Of a stretch of DNA of 64,000 bases, positions 62,591-64,000 are shown piece after piece. The notes under the pieces were generated by a model. It made no database searches, was not told the origin of the DNA, and worked only from the letters and a program-made list of their open reading frames with translations. A program made the translations under genes and the position numbers. The stretch spans positions 41,354,001 to 41,418,000 of the forward strand of contig NC_045706.1 in assembly GCF_009834535.1 (NCBI RefSeq), read 5' to 3'. Every line of letters begins with the position of its first letter. Position 1 is the first letter of the stretch. This DNA is from Camelus ferus (taxonomy: Eukaryota).

Positions 62591-64000
62591 CATGGCTGTG
62601 AAAGTATACCTCACCAACGGGTTCGCATTTCATAATGTGATAATTATATGCCATTTTATCAGATGTGGCTAGGTGCTGGAAACTGAGGATGTATTGAGAG
62701 AATCTTAATTTCTTGAAATTAGCATTTGGAAAGTTTAGTGCTTTTTAATTGGATTCTCCTTGGATCTTTAAGAACCTAAAAATTCACAAAGCAAAAACTG
62801 TTTTGAAACTTTCACTCTAAGAATCACATGAAGAAATCTGAAATACTGCTAAATGTGATTCTGCACTGTTGCGGATTAGTGAAATCCTACATCTGCATGT
62901 TTGTCTTTCCAGGTCTCCCTTGTGACATCATTAGTGAGCTACAGCCTCCAGAGAAACTTCTTTGGAAATTTTCATAATCAATTAAATTCATTTTTGAAAT
63001 GTGTGAATTCTTTGACTGTTACTCATAACTTTTTATGGGCTCCACACATTTTCCTTTATCAGAAAGATTTAAAATTACTTTCGCAGAAAAATACATTTGG
63101 AGTACAGGAGATATTTTCTACCACACTGTATAAATTAGGTGGGGTAACACTTTATTTATCTGGCATCCTCTTGGAAGGAATTATTTCCAGTGTTAATTCA
63201 GGAAAGTCTAGTGGCTTTTAAAATCCTGCCATGTGCCAGGGGATTCATGTACAACTTTGTGTTAATTGGCCTCAGTTTCCCAGCAGCTTTTAACCCTAGG
63301 CCTCCCCACCATACACCCTTGACCAGAAGTCAGGTGCTGGGCTCCAAAGCTGTCTGTTCACTCTCATTCTCCCTAAGATCAAAGCCTAGCTAGGTATAAA
63401 ATACCATAAGGCACTGCGTTTTCTGATTCTGGTAGCAGCACCGTCTATGCACTCTTTTGGATACTGCCCCTTTCCTGTTGAGTTTCTTTTAATTTAACTG
63501 AGGTAAACAGGAAATGGACGGGTAGCTTGCTGGTTGTATTTGGCATACAAGCCTGTTTCGTTAAGTCCGCACTATATTCGTCTGAGTAGTGATTTTTGAT
63601 ATGTTATGTATCTGCCAACATTTAAAAGCAAGGAGATTTTACATACCAATCTGGTTTGGTAGCTTTTCTTGAAAAATCTGAGAGGCTGGGTGCGTTGGGC
63701 CAGCTCCTGTACATGCCCATTGGAGCTGGTGATGGTAGCCCTGGGCAGGACAGGTGCTCTGTTTGTCTCACCCCCCTGCCACGCACTGTTGTTTCCCTGA
63801 CACTGAGGTCCAGTGTCCATTACCATTTATCCTTGTTGTGAGACTGTTGATTTTCTCAAGGTGGACTAAAATAGTTCTTGTACCCCTGTCTGGAAGTCAA
63901 GGGGAAAGGTGATTGGGAGGGCAGTGAATTCCAAGAAAATGAGAGAAGGTATATTTGTTTGGGGGAAATGAGTAATTTTCATATGTCTTTTTCTTTCCTT

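Noticed and set aside
1-64000. tRNA, rRNA, CRISPR arrays, NUMTs and tRNA-derived lineage SINEs
   Set aside because: None recognised by eye; a covariance-model and RepeatMasker search would be needed to exclude degenerate copies.

Overview
Mammalian nuclear DNA, most likely from a camelid. The young L1 3' ends are of the alpaca/camel type as I recall them, and I see no CHR, Bov-A, PRE or CAN SINEs. The window reads as 64 kb of intron from a + strand host gene that I cannot name: it is T/G-skewed, most L1 fragments are antisense, the first kb is CpG-enriched like an island shore, and there is no recognisable coding exon. Most of the annotatable sequence is transposon debris (L1, L2, MIR, MLT1 LTRs, hAT MITEs). 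The main unexpected objects are: (1) an intronless, disabled retrocopy of a 5-HT3 receptor C/E-type subunit at about 56.0-57.4 kb, which lacks exactly one internal exon (exon 6 in my recalled HTR3C numbering); (2) a ~350 bp mini-L1 at 46.9-47.3 kb that joins the L1 5' start directly to the 3'UTR end inside one apparent TSD; (3) an 85 bp, ~88% identical inverted duplication inside an ancient L1MC; (4) a 25 bp-stem, strand-specific hairpin around a (TG)n tract; (5) a candidate 49 nt host exon at 13493-13541. Repeat subfamily names and exon sizes come from memory of consensus sequences, not from a database search, and boundaries of old repeats are approximate.
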